From: Cetorhinus maximus
Taxonomy: Eukaryota
Reading direction: 5' to 3'
Assembly (NCBI RefSeq): GCF_964194155.1
Contig: NC_135908.1
Coordinates: forward strand, 15,891,324-15,936,000
DNA length: 44,677 nt
The translations under genes and the position numbers were made by a program. Position 1 is the first letter of the stretch. The number at the start of each line of letters is the position of its first letter. The notes under the pieces were generated by a model, which was not told the origin of the DNA, searched no databases, and was given only the letters and a program-made list of their open reading frames with translations. Shown here in pieces: positions 21,138 through 32,920 of the stretch.

Positions 21138-21740
21138 CATACCTTGAAGTCCCGAGTGAAGTGCAGCCCAGCAGGTGCACGTCGCTTATGTGCTGTTGTG
21201 AAACACGTTGGTGTGGTTTCCCGCCGACGTGGGCAGACGATCCATTGGGAGGGGACAATTCCAGAAGGCTGGCCCAATATTGACATGCTGACGTATTACA
21301 GTGAGGTTCCCGGCGTCCGATGGCAGAGAGTGTGGCCCACCAGCAGCAAGCTGAGCAGACCATCACAATCTGGTTTCACGCCATCGTGAAACTGATCGCA
21401 CCATATTCCCGTGCCGATGGGCATGGAAAATCCCCGCCATTTTGCTTCCTAGGTCAAGAAAATGGATCATTTTGTTTTATGCCTCCATGTACAATTCTTA
21501 AAGGCTACTGAAAATTTCACAATGTTCATTTTCTTCTTATTCGATTTCATATCGAATTAACATCCTTAGCAGTGAACTTTGTTAATTATTACTTGTTTTA
21601 ATACCTATGGTGACTTTTTAAAAATAAATATTAAAAATATACATTATAGGTTTTTTGATTCTACAGGTGATGCACATCCACACAATACCTGGATACTGGT
21701 GCCCCAAATAAAACACATTCTGCATACGGAAGAAAATTAT

Positions 21741-24101
21741 TAGAGGAAACATTGCCCCACACTTCCGCCATTGGAGGGAACATTGCCCCACACTCCCGCC
21801 ATTGGAGGGAACATTGCCCCACACTCCCCCCATTGGAGGGAACATTGCCCCACACTCCCCCCATCGGAGGGAACATTGCCCCACACTCCCGCCATCGGAG
21901 GGAACATTGCCCCACACTCCCCCCATCGGAGGGAACATTGCCCCACACTCCCCCCATTGGAGGGAACATTGCCCCACACTCCCCCCATTGGAGGGAACAT
22001 TGCCCCACACTCCCGCCATTGGAGGGAACTTTGCCCCACACTCCCCCCATCGGAGGGAACATTGCCCCACACTCCCCCCATCGGAGGGAACATTGCCCCA
22101 CACTCCCGCCATTGGAGGGAACATTGCCCCACACTCCCCCCATTGGAGGGAACATTGCCCCACACTCCCCCCATTGGAGGGAACTTTGCTGCACACTTCC
22201 CCCCATTGGAGGGAAAATTGCCCCACACTCCCCCCATTGGAGGGAACATTGCCCCACACTCCCCCCATTGGAGGGAACTTTGCTGCACACTTCCCCCCAT
22301 TGGAGGGAACATTGCCCCACACTCCCCTCATTAGAGGGAACTTTGCCCCACACTCCCCCCATTGGAGGGAACATTGCCCCACACTCCCCCCATTGGAGGG
22401 AACATTGCCCCACACTCCCCCCATTGGAGGGAACATTGCCCCACACTCCCCCCATTGGAGGGAACATTGCCCCACACTCCCACCATTGGAGGGAACATTG
22501 CCCCACACTCCCCCCATTGGAGGGAACATTGCTGCGCACTCCCCCCATTGGAGGGAACATTGCCCCACACTCCCCCCATTGGAGGGAACTTTGCCCCACA
22601 CTCCCCCCATTGGAGGGAACTTTGCCCCACACTCCCACCATTGGAGGGAACTTTGCCCCACACTCCCTCCATTGGAGGGAACATTGCCCCACACTCCCCC
22701 CATTGGAGGGAACATTGCCCCACACTCCCACCATTGGAGGGAACTTTGCCACACACTCCCCCCATTGGAGGAAACTTTACCCCACACTCCCCCCATTGGA
22801 GGGAACATTGCCCCACACTCCCCCCATTGGAGGGAACTTTGCCCCACACTCCCTCCATTGGAGGGAACATTGCCCCACACTCCCCCCATTGGAGGGAACA
22901 TTGCCCCACATTCCCCCCATTGGAGGGAACATTGCCCCACACTCCCCTCATTGGAGGGAACTTTGCCCCACACTCCCCCCATTGGAGGGAACTTTGCTGC
23001 ACACTCCCCCCATTGGAGGGAACATTGCCCCACACTCCCCCCATTGGAGGGAACTTTGCCCCACACTCCCCCCATTGGAGGAAACATTGCCCCACACTCC
23101 CCCCATTGGAGGGAACTTTGCCCCACACTCCCCCCATTGGAGGGAACTTTGCCCCACACTCCCCCCATTGGAGGGAACTTTGCTGCACACTCCCCCTATT
23201 GGAGGGAACATTGCCACACACTCCCCCCATTGGAGGAAACTTTGCCCCACACTCCCCCCATTGGAGGGAACATTGCCCCACACTCCCCCCATTGGAGGGA
23301 ACTTTGCCCCACACTCCCCCCATTGGAGGGAACTTTGCTGCACACTCCCCCTATTGGAGGGAACATTGCCACACACTCCCCCCATTGGAGGAAACTTTGC
23401 CCCACACTCCCCCCATTGGAGGGAACATTGCCCCACACTCCCCCCATTGGAGGAAACATTGCCCCACACTCCCCCCATTGGAGGGAACTTTGCCCCACAC
23501 TCCCCCCATTGGAGGGAACATTGCCCCACACTCCCCCCATTGGAGGGAACATTGCCCCACACTCCCACCATTGGAGGGAACAATGCCCCACACTCCCCCC
23601 ATTGGAGGGAACATTGCCCCACACTCCCACCATTGGAGGGAACTTTGCCCCACACTCCCCCCATTGGAGGGAACATTGCCCCACACTCCCCCCATTGGAG
23701 GGAACATTGCCCCACACTCCCCCCATTGGAGGGAACTTTGCCCCACACTCCCCCCATTGGAGGGAACTTTGCCCCACACTCCCTCCATTGGAGGGAAGAT
23801 TGCCACATACTCCCCCCATTGGAGGGAACTTTGCTGCACACTCCCCCCATTGGACGGAACATTGCCCCACACTCCCCCCATTGGACGGAACATTGCCCCA
23901 CACTCCCCCCATTGGAGGGAACATTGCCCCACACTCCCCCCATTGGAGGGAACATTGCCCCACACTCCCCCCCATTGGAGGGAACATTGCCCCACACTCC
24001 CCCCATTGGAGGGAACATTTCCACACACTCCCCCCATTGGAGGGAACAATGCCCCACACTCCCACCATTGGAGGGAATTTTGCCCCACACTCCCACCATT
24101 G
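21741..24101. repeat. 31-bp minisatellite, ~76 units (GGAGGGAACATTGCCCCACACTCCCCCCATT)
   Basis: Directly visible, near-perfect tandem units with point variants. Confidence 0.99.
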
Positions 24102-24297
24102 GTCGGCCATCACATACATCTTTTCTACCACCTTCCCTAGCCACTTTGAAAGTAAACAGACTCAACATCACCTGACTGGATGATCACTGACTGTCAGTGA
24201 AACACATATTCACCTCCTACACCACATTCCCATCTCCACTCACACCCACCCCACCACACCCCACCATTCCATATTTTTATAACCAGCAAACAAAAAT

Positions 24298-24710
24298 GTT
24301 CTTTTCCTACTTGTTGACATCACTGGCAAGACTAGTATTAATTGCCCATCCCCTATTGCCCTTGAGAAAGTGGTAAGGAGCTGCCATCTTCTTGAACCAC
24401 AGCTCAGTTCATTTGGCGTCGGTACACCCACGGTGAGTGCTTTTGTCTGTAGTAGCCAAGCGACTTGCTAGGCCATGTCAAAGCCAATCACATTGTTGTG
24501 GCTCTGGATTCCCGTGTAGGCCCGAGCAGACCAGGTAAGAACGACAGGTTTCCTCCCCTAAAGGGCATTAGCGAAACAAATGGGTTTTAAAACAACAATC
24601 CATTAGTTTCATGATGATTATGCTTTTGGAATTTGAACTCATATCTCTAGGGCACTAATACAGGTCTCTAGATTATTAACCCAGTAACATTATCACAAAG
24701 CTATCATCCC
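24298..24710 (-). mobile_element. tRNA-headed SINE variant with extended LINE tail
   Basis: SINE body (CTTGCTAGGCCAT..GACCAGGTAAG..GGAATTTGAACTC) joined to ~130 bp of LINE tail (GGTACACCCAC..CTTGAACC..CCTTGAGAA). Confidence 0.7.
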
Positions 24711-25072
24711 TGTATGGGAGAAAGTGAAAAAAATACATTGCTAATGTTCCTATCTTTCTCTCGCCTGTTGCTGGAATGAGATTAATCATCGGGCGCCAGG
24801 ATATTCCTGGAGAGTTGGCCAATGCAATGCCGCCTGCAAAGAGCCTGCTAACAAATCTGAGTCAAAGCTAATGAGGGAGGCTCTTAAAAGGCTGAAGAAA
24901 TCTTTTGCTCTGATTCTTCACCCGGACAGGGAAAATTCAAACCATTCCCACTTGTAAAGTTTTGGAGTTGGGTAGGGGGATGGGGCATTGTTAGGGCAAA
25001 GTAGATCAACCCTTACTCTGTATCTAGCGTACTAGACATTGCCTTAATGACAATCTCTCCTTTAAATTCATT

Positions 25073-25950
25073 GGGCTGAATTTTGGACTCATCTTACCCG
25101 CCAGGAGTGGGCTGGGTGGGGGGGTTGGGCTGAAACGGGGAACATCTTTAAGGCATGGGGGAACCCAGAAGCTGGGGGACCCCCTGCAGACTGTGGGATT
25201 TTAACACCACTGAATGGTTTTCCAACCCAGAATCCAGCCTGTTAATCAGTCTAGTCGCGACATCTAGTCAAGCGGGTAGCAGGCATAGGAGGCTGGAGGT
25301 CCAGCTAGGACCACAGTGCCAAGGGAATGGGGACAACCATCAGGTTGGGAGGTGGGGAGGGAAAAGGAAGAGAAGATTGACCCCCACTGGGGACCAATTC
25401 CACAACAGGGGGCCAACTCTGAAATGGGGGAAGCAATCCTGAGGTCTCAGGGTTGAGGGGGGTGCTGGTCAGATCCCACGGTCCAGGAGTTTGTGGGGGG
25501 CGGATCTGAGGCATATGGGTTGGATGACAAGCCTGGTGGGGGGGATCCAAGGCCTGGGTGGGATTTGGAATCATGGCCCAGAGGTGAGGGAACATCAGAG
25601 TCCTGTGGTGGGGAGGGAGGCCTGGGGGGGATTTAGGGGATTGGGGGAATCGTAGACCTCAGGGAGATGGTTGGAGGTGGAGATCAGTAGGGTGGAGGAT
25701 TGGTACCCAACAACAGAGAGTTTCCCAGGCAGACAAGTTGGATCCAGTTCTCAGCTTAATTATAATATTTAAAGTTTTAACCCGTCCCCTTGGGATGGTT
25801 TGGTCGCCTGCCCACTGTCCCACCTCCATTAAAACCGGACGTGGGTGCTTTGGGTGGGAGGGGGGTTGCTGGGATTTGCATTCAGGCTTTTAACAGTTTA
25901 ACCGCTCACCTGACCAAACGCATCCAAGTTTTGATGTTGCAATCCCTCCA
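25073..25950. mobile_element. G-rich non-autonomous DNA element (Harbinger-type), degraded
   Basis: Begins GGGCTGAATTTT; right end decayed. Confidence 0.4.
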
Positions 25951-25964
25951 TTAGTTTGTTGGGT

Positions 25965-26160
25965 TCTCAGTCCACTCCCTGAAAAAGTGATAGAAGCTGA
26001 TTCAATGGTAACTTTCAAAAGCGAATTGGATAAATGTTTGAAGAGGAAAAAAATTTCAGGGACAGAAGAGGGGAGTGGGACTAATTGGATAGCACTAAAA
26101 TCAGCTTGGACACGATGGGCTGAATGGCCTCTTTTGGTGCTGTATGGTTACTGATTTGAA
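25965..26160 (+). mobile_element. CR1 3' end
   Basis: LPEKVIEADSMVTFKSELDKCL then GATGGGCTGAATGGCCTC. Confidence 0.78.
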
Positions 26161-26553
26161 TTCACATTATGTCAACATTGAGTTGGAATTGTAGGGAGAA
26201 GGTTAAATTGAATAAAACTTGGCAAAGCATAAATTTTCTTAAAAATGCTGACGTTGTTCTTTGAAAGTGTTTCTGATTAGGTGACTCCTGAGGCAATGTG
26301 ACCACGTATGACAAGCTACTAGATTTAGTGATTATGTACAAGAACTGTGTTATGTTATGGTCAGGAAGCAAAATGCACAGCTCTGAACGTAACTGTTTAT
26401 AAAATCACAGACTGACACTTCAAAAGTTGGCCATTTAGCTCACATTGCCTGTGTCCCATTATCATCACTGTCACTCTTAGATGGAGCTGTTCATTGTCTG
26501 CATTTACAGACAAAGCAAGGCTGTTGGTAAACTCAACCTGAACATAACACTAC

Positions 26554-27493
26554 TATCCCGACCAGAAGACAGGAAGGAAGATATATAATATATATATGAT
26601 ACACATCAACCTGGCCACTTTATAAAATTATTACTCTTATTTTAAAAATAGACAAGGCTGACTAACCATGACTCATACCAGAGGAATTTCTAACCTTCAG
26701 GAACCAGCAGAGACCTCATTATCTTTAAAGAAGTGCTAATGCGCTCTGTGACTGCCGACAATCAAATTCCAAAGAAATGCACCCACACCCTTTGCATTTC
26801 TAAGGCAGAGCACCAGCCAAAGGAGATGGTAAGTCTGCAAAGGACAAGAGAGACCCTGGCTCCTCTAATAAGCACCTCAAGATTCCAGACATGGGAAAAT
26901 ACATCCTTTGTCCAACACCCAGGAGAAGAAGTGGGAGGTTTGTCACATGACCTCCCCCCCCCGCCCCCCCCACCCCGCCAAGCTGCTCAAATCTGTAATA
27001 TTGCTGTGTGGAACTGAACCCAGGTTGTCTATCATTTCATCATCTAACAGGTAGCAGCAGAAAGAGCCCCGTCCGGGTAAAGCGTCTGGCCCTCATCTGG
27101 AACTGTGAACTACTAGAGCATTGGAGCTTCTGCATCTGTGCCTTCAAGACAAATGCATCTCCAAGTGCCTTCTCCCATCATGGAACTCCTGGCTTCTGGA
27201 AAATCGGATCACCCTGCAACAGTTTCAGCCTGCTAACCTCTGAAGGAATACGCCACCGGAATTTTGATTCTGGACTCTAGACTCACGTGAAACCGTAACT
27301 CTTATTTTTATCATGGTCTTGCCCTGCACCCCTTCTTTCCCTTATTCCACTAATAAAGGATTGGATCACTCCAAACTGAAGGGCTGTGGAAATCAAGCCA
27401 CCATTTATAAAGGGGGGAATCAGAAATTAAAAACGGGTAGTGAGAGGAGAAATCAGGGCTGTTTAAATTCATCCTCCCCTCCTGTCCAGAACA
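26554..27493 (+). mobile_element. 940-bp solo LTR with 4-bp TSD
   Basis: CTAC at 26550-26553 and 27494-27497; ends TATCCCGA (decayed TG) and CCAGAACA; AATAAA near 27352. Confidence 0.6.
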
Positions 27494-27637
27494 CTACGTA
27501 CAATTCAGATTTAGCACGAGGCTCTATATAGAGCTATCTCTCTCTCTCTCTCTCCATGCTCTGTTGTCATGTGATCTTATGTCACTGATGATGTAGACTA
27601 TATATTTGCATATTTAAGGTTAACCCTTTTTACTACA
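27494..27637 (-). mobile_element. Short LTR remnant related to 32592-32793
   Basis: Minus start TGTAGTAAAAAGGGTTAA versus TGTAGTATAAAGGGTTAA; shared ATATGCAAAT..TACATCATCA; left part probably lies before 26554. Confidence 0.6.
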
Positions 27638-27745
27638 GTGCTAACTCTTTGAAAGGGTTCCCCAACTCTTACTTCCTCTTTCCCCATAGCCCTTAAAAGC
27701 TTTCACCTTCAAGAATTTATCCAATTCCTTTTTGAAAACTACTCC
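27638..27745 (-). mobile_element. CR1 tail (its first part appears at ~26400-26455)
   Basis: GGCCATTTAGCTCACATTGCCTGTG (26429) continues as GTGCTAACTCTTTGAAAG..TTCCCCATAGCCC..TTTATCCAATTCC. Confidence 0.55.
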
Positions 27746-27794
27746 TATAGTGTGTCAGCTACGGCATGGTCAGTAGCCCTCTCTCCTTTGCTAG

Positions 27795-27900
27795 CGGTTT
27801 ATTAATTGCGTTTAATTGTTTAGAGGTGGTGGGCATTAACTGAGGATTCACTTATGCTTCTATAAATAGGAGCAAAATGAAACTAGGGTTGGTCAGTTAG
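27795..27900 (+). promoter_or_regulatory. TATA box + Inr-like element homologous to the Tx1 insertion site
   Basis: TATAAATA at 27861 and TCAGTT at 27893; upstream ~70 bp resembles 2235-2313. Confidence 0.45.
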
Positions 27901-27959
27901 AACACTCATGGAGGGAATGTGTATCTCTATGAATAAGAAGCTTAAGTGTGTATTGATTA

Positions 27960-28170
27960 CCTACAGTGACATCCTTCACTGCCTGGCTTTCTGTATGGAA
28001 ATATTCCATACCCATCAACCAGTGGAAAAAGTTTTTCCCAATCTAATTAATCAATTATTTTCAAAAATCCTACAAACCTCAACCAAATCATTCCTAAATC
28101 TTCAATATTCCAGGGAATACAAGCCCAATGTATGCAATCTCTCCTCATAATCCAACCCCCAGAGCCATGG
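27960..28170 (-). mobile_element. CR1 ORF2 fragment
   Basis: Minus DYEERLHTLGLYSLEY*RFRNDLVEVCRIF. Confidence 0.7.
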
Positions 28171-29503
28171 TAACACTCTCTCCTTTGTCGATTCACCGGC
28201 AAGTTACCAGGGCTCTTGGGGTTCAGGGAATGCTGAATGCAGTGATGGATTCTGTGCATGGCTGACCCAAAAAAGATTTAAGGCCGATTAAAATAAGATA
28301 CTACGAGTCTAGGTCCCCGAGTGGGAGTCTATTCCAGTAATGGTTCAGTAACAATGCCACATATGCATGTGAGAGAAAACCATTAGCTGCATCTCTGTAA
28401 CATATCCCTGATCGTGTTACATTACAAACTAAACAGCGACACTAAAGCTTGGCAGTATTTATTCAGCTGTAACGTATTGACCCGAGGGGATTCAGGTTTG
28501 TAGTGGAAATGCAGGTTGCCTGCTGCCTAAGCTGAGGAATTTGGCAAAGAACCATGTACACACCCCAGCAACACCGACCCCAGCTGAACAAGCAGGACTA
28601 GTATTTGGGAAAGAGGGCAAGAGTGCCCCAGGAAGAAAGAGGAGAGTCTGATTCTGAACAGATTTTTCCAAAGACTAAAATCAGCAATGGCGAAATGTAA
28701 GACACAAAAATTTCACCCTGACAATGTTTCCATTTAACTTTTGATAGTGGTTTTCATTCCCATGGCACACTACGCACAGGTAGTGTTAAATGTGCTAGTC
28801 CATGGCTTTCAGTCTATTAAAAAGCACAATCAAAACATTTGCTGTAATTAGTACACTGCTAATGGCCTTGCTCACAGTCAGTGGTTGAAACTATAGCAGT
28901 GACAAAAAATACCTCATTGGCTGTCGACAGTTTCAGGTTGTCCTGTTGTGAAAGGCCCTATATAAATGTTCTTCTATCATCCTTTCTTCACTTGCTGGTC
29001 AGGAAAGACCCCAAAGTGCTGCTTAAAGATGAGCAGGGAGTTTGATCGAAAAGGCTTGCATTTTCTATACATGTGGGGTGGGGTCTTGGCATTGTGGCCA
29101 ACATTCCTTCCTCCAAACCGCATCATCCATTTGATTCCTATGTGCAGGTTGGTTCCTCTATTATACTACAGAGCAATAATTGCATTAATAAAAAAGTAAT
29201 CGACTGGTTGTAAACCACTTTGGCAAGCCAAAGATGTGATGTAAGTGCACATTCATCTTCTTATCTCCCTTATCACCAACAAAATGACTCCAATAAGGCA
29301 ATCTTTGAGACTGGCTGAATTCATACCAGATAGTGCTCGAGTTGTAAACAAAACGTCCAAAGGTTATCCATTCTTATTCAGTCAGCCCTGGGGATAAATC
29401 GCCCCTCCGACAATCGACACACTTTCAAAAGTCGACTTTAGTGTCGCTTAATCACTACCTTTTCTCTCCCGCTATCGCTCGATTGTCCTCTGCAAAGTTG
29501 GAA

Positions 29504-29595
29504 ATCGGGAATTTTCCAAGCCCTTCACACCGGCGGGATCTTCCGGCCCCTCGCTGGCCCCACCGCGGTGGGGGAGGGGCTGGAAAATTCCTGCT
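29504..29595. mobile_element. ~92-bp MITE (same family as 11029)
   Basis: TIRs CGGGAATTTTCC / GGAAAATTCCTG; internal CCGGCGGGATCTTCCGG. Confidence 0.7.
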
Positions 29596-30141
29596 GGAGT
29601 CTTCCCCACCCCCCGCCCACCCCAGGCTTTCTGTTTCATTGAGACTGATCATTTTTTCTTTTAAAGATATATCATTTTTAAACACATTCCCCCTTTGCCA
29701 CTTCTGGTTAGGAAATGAAGGGGAGCGCTGACATCTCACTGCTTCTATAGGAAAGTCAGTCCCTCTCACCGTGTGATTCACACGCGTCTAATCTTAGCAT
29801 CAGAGCTGCCGGGCGTTCGCTGAATGCTTTTCCATCCTGCATTTTCCAGGCAGTTCACATTTTACCTGAGGGGTTTATCGAATTTCCAATTAAAAGGCTC
29901 ACGTACTGTCTTACTGCACCACTTGTAAGCAATTGGAAGTTAACCAGCTAACCACTGTGACCTCTCCCACAAAGGCTGCATTTTTTTCGAGGGCCACTTT
30001 AGTTGGCGGGTTTTTGTTCTGAATGAAAGGTTTCCTAGTCCGGGTGTATAGTTGTGTTTGTACAAGCAAGGTGGAGACGTCTACAATCTATAATAATACT
30101 CATAACAGTGCTCAGTTTTTGTCTGTCTGGACTGTTTTGAT

Positions 30142-30525
30142 TGGTCATGTCATGTCACTAGATGAGTAATACAGAGGCCCAGGCTAATTCTCTGGTGACA
30201 CGGGTTCAAACCCCACAACGGCTGCCGGTGGAATTTAAACTCGATGAATAACTCTGGGATATAAAGCTGGTCTCAGTAATGGTTACCATAGCAACCATCA
30301 TCGATTGTTGTTCAAAACCCCCATCTGGCCCAGGTCCTTTAGCGAGGGAAATCTGCCCATCCTTACCTGCTCTGGCCTACATTTGATTGCAGACCCACAA
30401 CTATGTGGTTTGACCCCCTGAAATGGCTGAGAAGCCCCCTTGAGTTCAAGGGCAATTAGGGATGGGCACCCAATGCTGGCTTTGCCAGCGACGACCACAT
30501 CTCATGAAAGAATAAGGAAAAAAAA
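30142..30525 (+). mobile_element. tRNA-headed SINE
   Basis: B box GGTTCAAACCC, conserved body, GTTCAAGGGCAATTAGGGATGGGC tail, poly(A). Confidence 0.85.
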
Positions 30526-30664
30526 TTTTAGGGGGTGCATTTGTTGCTGGTGTCTAGGTATACTAGGCCCCCAAATGTTACAATAAAAGTTTTAATATAT
30601 CTAATTAATCAACTGTTATCCCACAGGCACAAAACCTTTCATAACAACCTCAACAAACACTACA

Positions 30665-30982
30665 AGAGAGGGGGAGGGGTGTACCGGGGTGGTGGGGGAG
30701 GGGTTGGCATCTTGGGAGGACAGCGCAGTGGTGGTGGCATGCGGAAGTGGCATGGGAGGGGGAGGGGTGACAGCATGGGGTGGATGGCATAGGGGGGAAT
30801 GCATGGGAGGGAGGTGACAACATGGGGGAGCGGCATGGGAGGAGGGTGACAGCATGGGGGGAGTACAGCATGGGAGGGGGGGGATGCAGGGAGGAGTAGA
30901 ATGAGGGATGGGGATGATGTGAGAGGGATGGCATGAGTGTGGCAAGAGGGGATGGCAGGGGTAGGATAGAATGGCATGGGAT
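30665..30982. repeat. Degenerate G-rich GCATGGG(A/G)GG repeat
   Basis: Repeated GCATGGG and GGGTGACAGCATGGGG motifs. Confidence 0.7.
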
Positions 30983-31300
30983 GCCGACTTAATGAACTTC
31001 GTTTTGCCAGAAAGGTCCTAATTTCACTGACAATGTTTCATGGGTCTCTGTTAGTTAATAAGCCCTGGGACCTAGCGGCGCACTGATGCATATTTTTCAG
31101 AGGCATTTTCTGACTATCAGTGCACAGCTTTAAGGGGTAATATTGAAGGTCACACCAGCCATGGTGGGGGGGGCCTTGTAAATTAATGGTCAGAAAATTG
31201 CATGCAGCAAATGCCTGTATTTCCGATGAGGATGGAGAGTGAGTGTCAGTAACAGTCAGCGCCGTCAGTAACGCAAAGCTGAAAGAGTGCCCGAGTATTA

Positions 31301-31631
31301 TAGAGTTGCCATGCCGCTGGGGTTGTCCTGAGTCTTCAGAAACTGAAGATTAATGTCCAGGACACTGCAGTGAGCAAAACCAAGAAGAAAGATCGTAGGG
31401 GCTCTGAAGAAAATGGTGCTTGACTAAGTTACTTTGACTACTTTCATTTATCAGCTGTAAAGTGCTGTAGATTGAAAATTTAAAGCTGTTTGGCAAACAG
31501 TCAGAATTGATGCTTTCGGGTAATGGTGAAGGACTGTGAAGATTGACATGTTGGGTGACCAATGGCAGTTGAAGGGGGAGGTCATGTGATGAAATCTCCA
31601 GGGATACATCCAACCAGTGTTGGCGACACTA
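31301..31631. mobile_element. Old ~330-bp non-autonomous DNA transposon
   Basis: Terminal TAGAGTTGCCA / TGGCGACACTA (9/11 inverted match), of the TAGGGTTGCCA TIR type. Confidence 0.5.
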
Positions 31632-31949
31632 AGACCCGGCCACCTTGCTTTGGGATGTGAATCAGTGCTATGGTGGCAGCACAGTTGTCAGGGCAGAGTC
31701 TCCCTAACAGTGGTTGGGATAAGGCTGACAAGGCTCTGTGCTAATTGTGAACTGACCTAATATGACTCAATAATCAAAACAGGATTAGGCCATTTGGCCA
31801 CTCGATCCTACTCTGTCATTTAATTAAATCATGACTGATCTCTATTTAAACTTAATTTTCTAGTCTCACACTTTCTAGTCATTCATCTTTCCCTTTATCC
31901 TTCGTTCTTTCTATATCTATGGGGTGGACCTAACAGCAGAGGTTTCCAA

Positions 31950-32920
31950 CAGGTGAGTAACTCACCTCCCGACTCCCCAAAACCTGTTCACCATCTACAA
32001 GGCACAAGTCAGGAGTGTGAGAGAATCTAACCATTACCCCCTTGACATTCAATGGCATTGTCATCGCTGAATCCCACACTATCAACATCCTGGGGGTTAC
32101 CATTGACCAGAAACTGAACTGGACTAAGCCATGTAAATACTGTGGCTACAAGAGCAGGTCAGAGGCTGGGGATTTTGCAGAGAGTTACTCATCTCCTGGC
32201 TCCCCAAAGCCTGTCCACCACCTACAAGGCACAAGCCGGGAGTGTGATGGAATACTCCCCACTTGCCTGGATGAGTGCAGCCCCAACAACACTCAAGAAG
32301 CTCAACACCATCCAGGACAAAGCAGCCCACTTGATTGGCACCCCATCCACAAAAATTCGTTCCTTCCACCATTGACGCACAGTAGCAGCAGTGTGTACCA
32401 TCTACAAGATGCACTGGAGCAACTCAACAAGGTTCCTTCAACAGCACCTTCCAAACCCATGACCTCTACCAGCTAGAAGGACAAGGGCAGCAGATGCATG
32501 GGAACACCACCACCTGCAATTCCCCTCCAAGCCACTTGAAGGAACTATATCGTCGTTCCTTCACAGTCACTGGGTTAAACTCCCTCCCTAGTGTAGTATA
32601 AAGGGTTAATTCTAACCATGTGATATGCAAATGAGACAGTATACATCATCACAGGAAGTGATGCAACACACCTTGCTCTCTCTTGCAAACTTCATGGCAA
32701 AATGAAGCCACTGAAAGATGTTTCTCAATAAGGTTAGTGTTTTCTTTACCTCAGCAGACTCTGTTTTAGCACAGCAAGACCAAGAATATTATATCTAACA
32801 GCACTGTGGGTGTACCTACACCACCTGGACTGCTGCGGTTCAAGAAGGCAGCTCAACGCCACTTTCTCAAGGCAACTAGGTAACCAGCAATGCCCATATC
32901 CCAAGAACGAATAAAGGAAA
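31950..32920 (+). mobile_element. CR1-group LINE 3' portion, split by a solo LTR
   Basis: RAGQRLGILQRVTHLLAPQSLSTTYKAQAGSVMEYSPLAWMSAAPTTLKKLNTIQDKAA; AACTCCCTCCCTA|..|CTAACAGCACTGTGGG junction. Confidence 0.88.
32592..32793 (+). mobile_element. 202-bp solo LTR
   Basis: TGTAGTA..TATTATA (decayed TACTACA) ends; TSD CCTAG/TCTAA, each one change from the LINE's CCTAA. Confidence 0.75.

Noticed and set aside
21741-24101. CRISPR array
   Set aside because: Repeats are contiguous with no unique spacers, there are no cas genes, and the context is eukaryotic.
21618-24183. Long ORFs (up to 807 aa) on both strands
   Set aside because: An artefact of a stop-free 31-bp unit: the same peptide appears in all frames of each strand.
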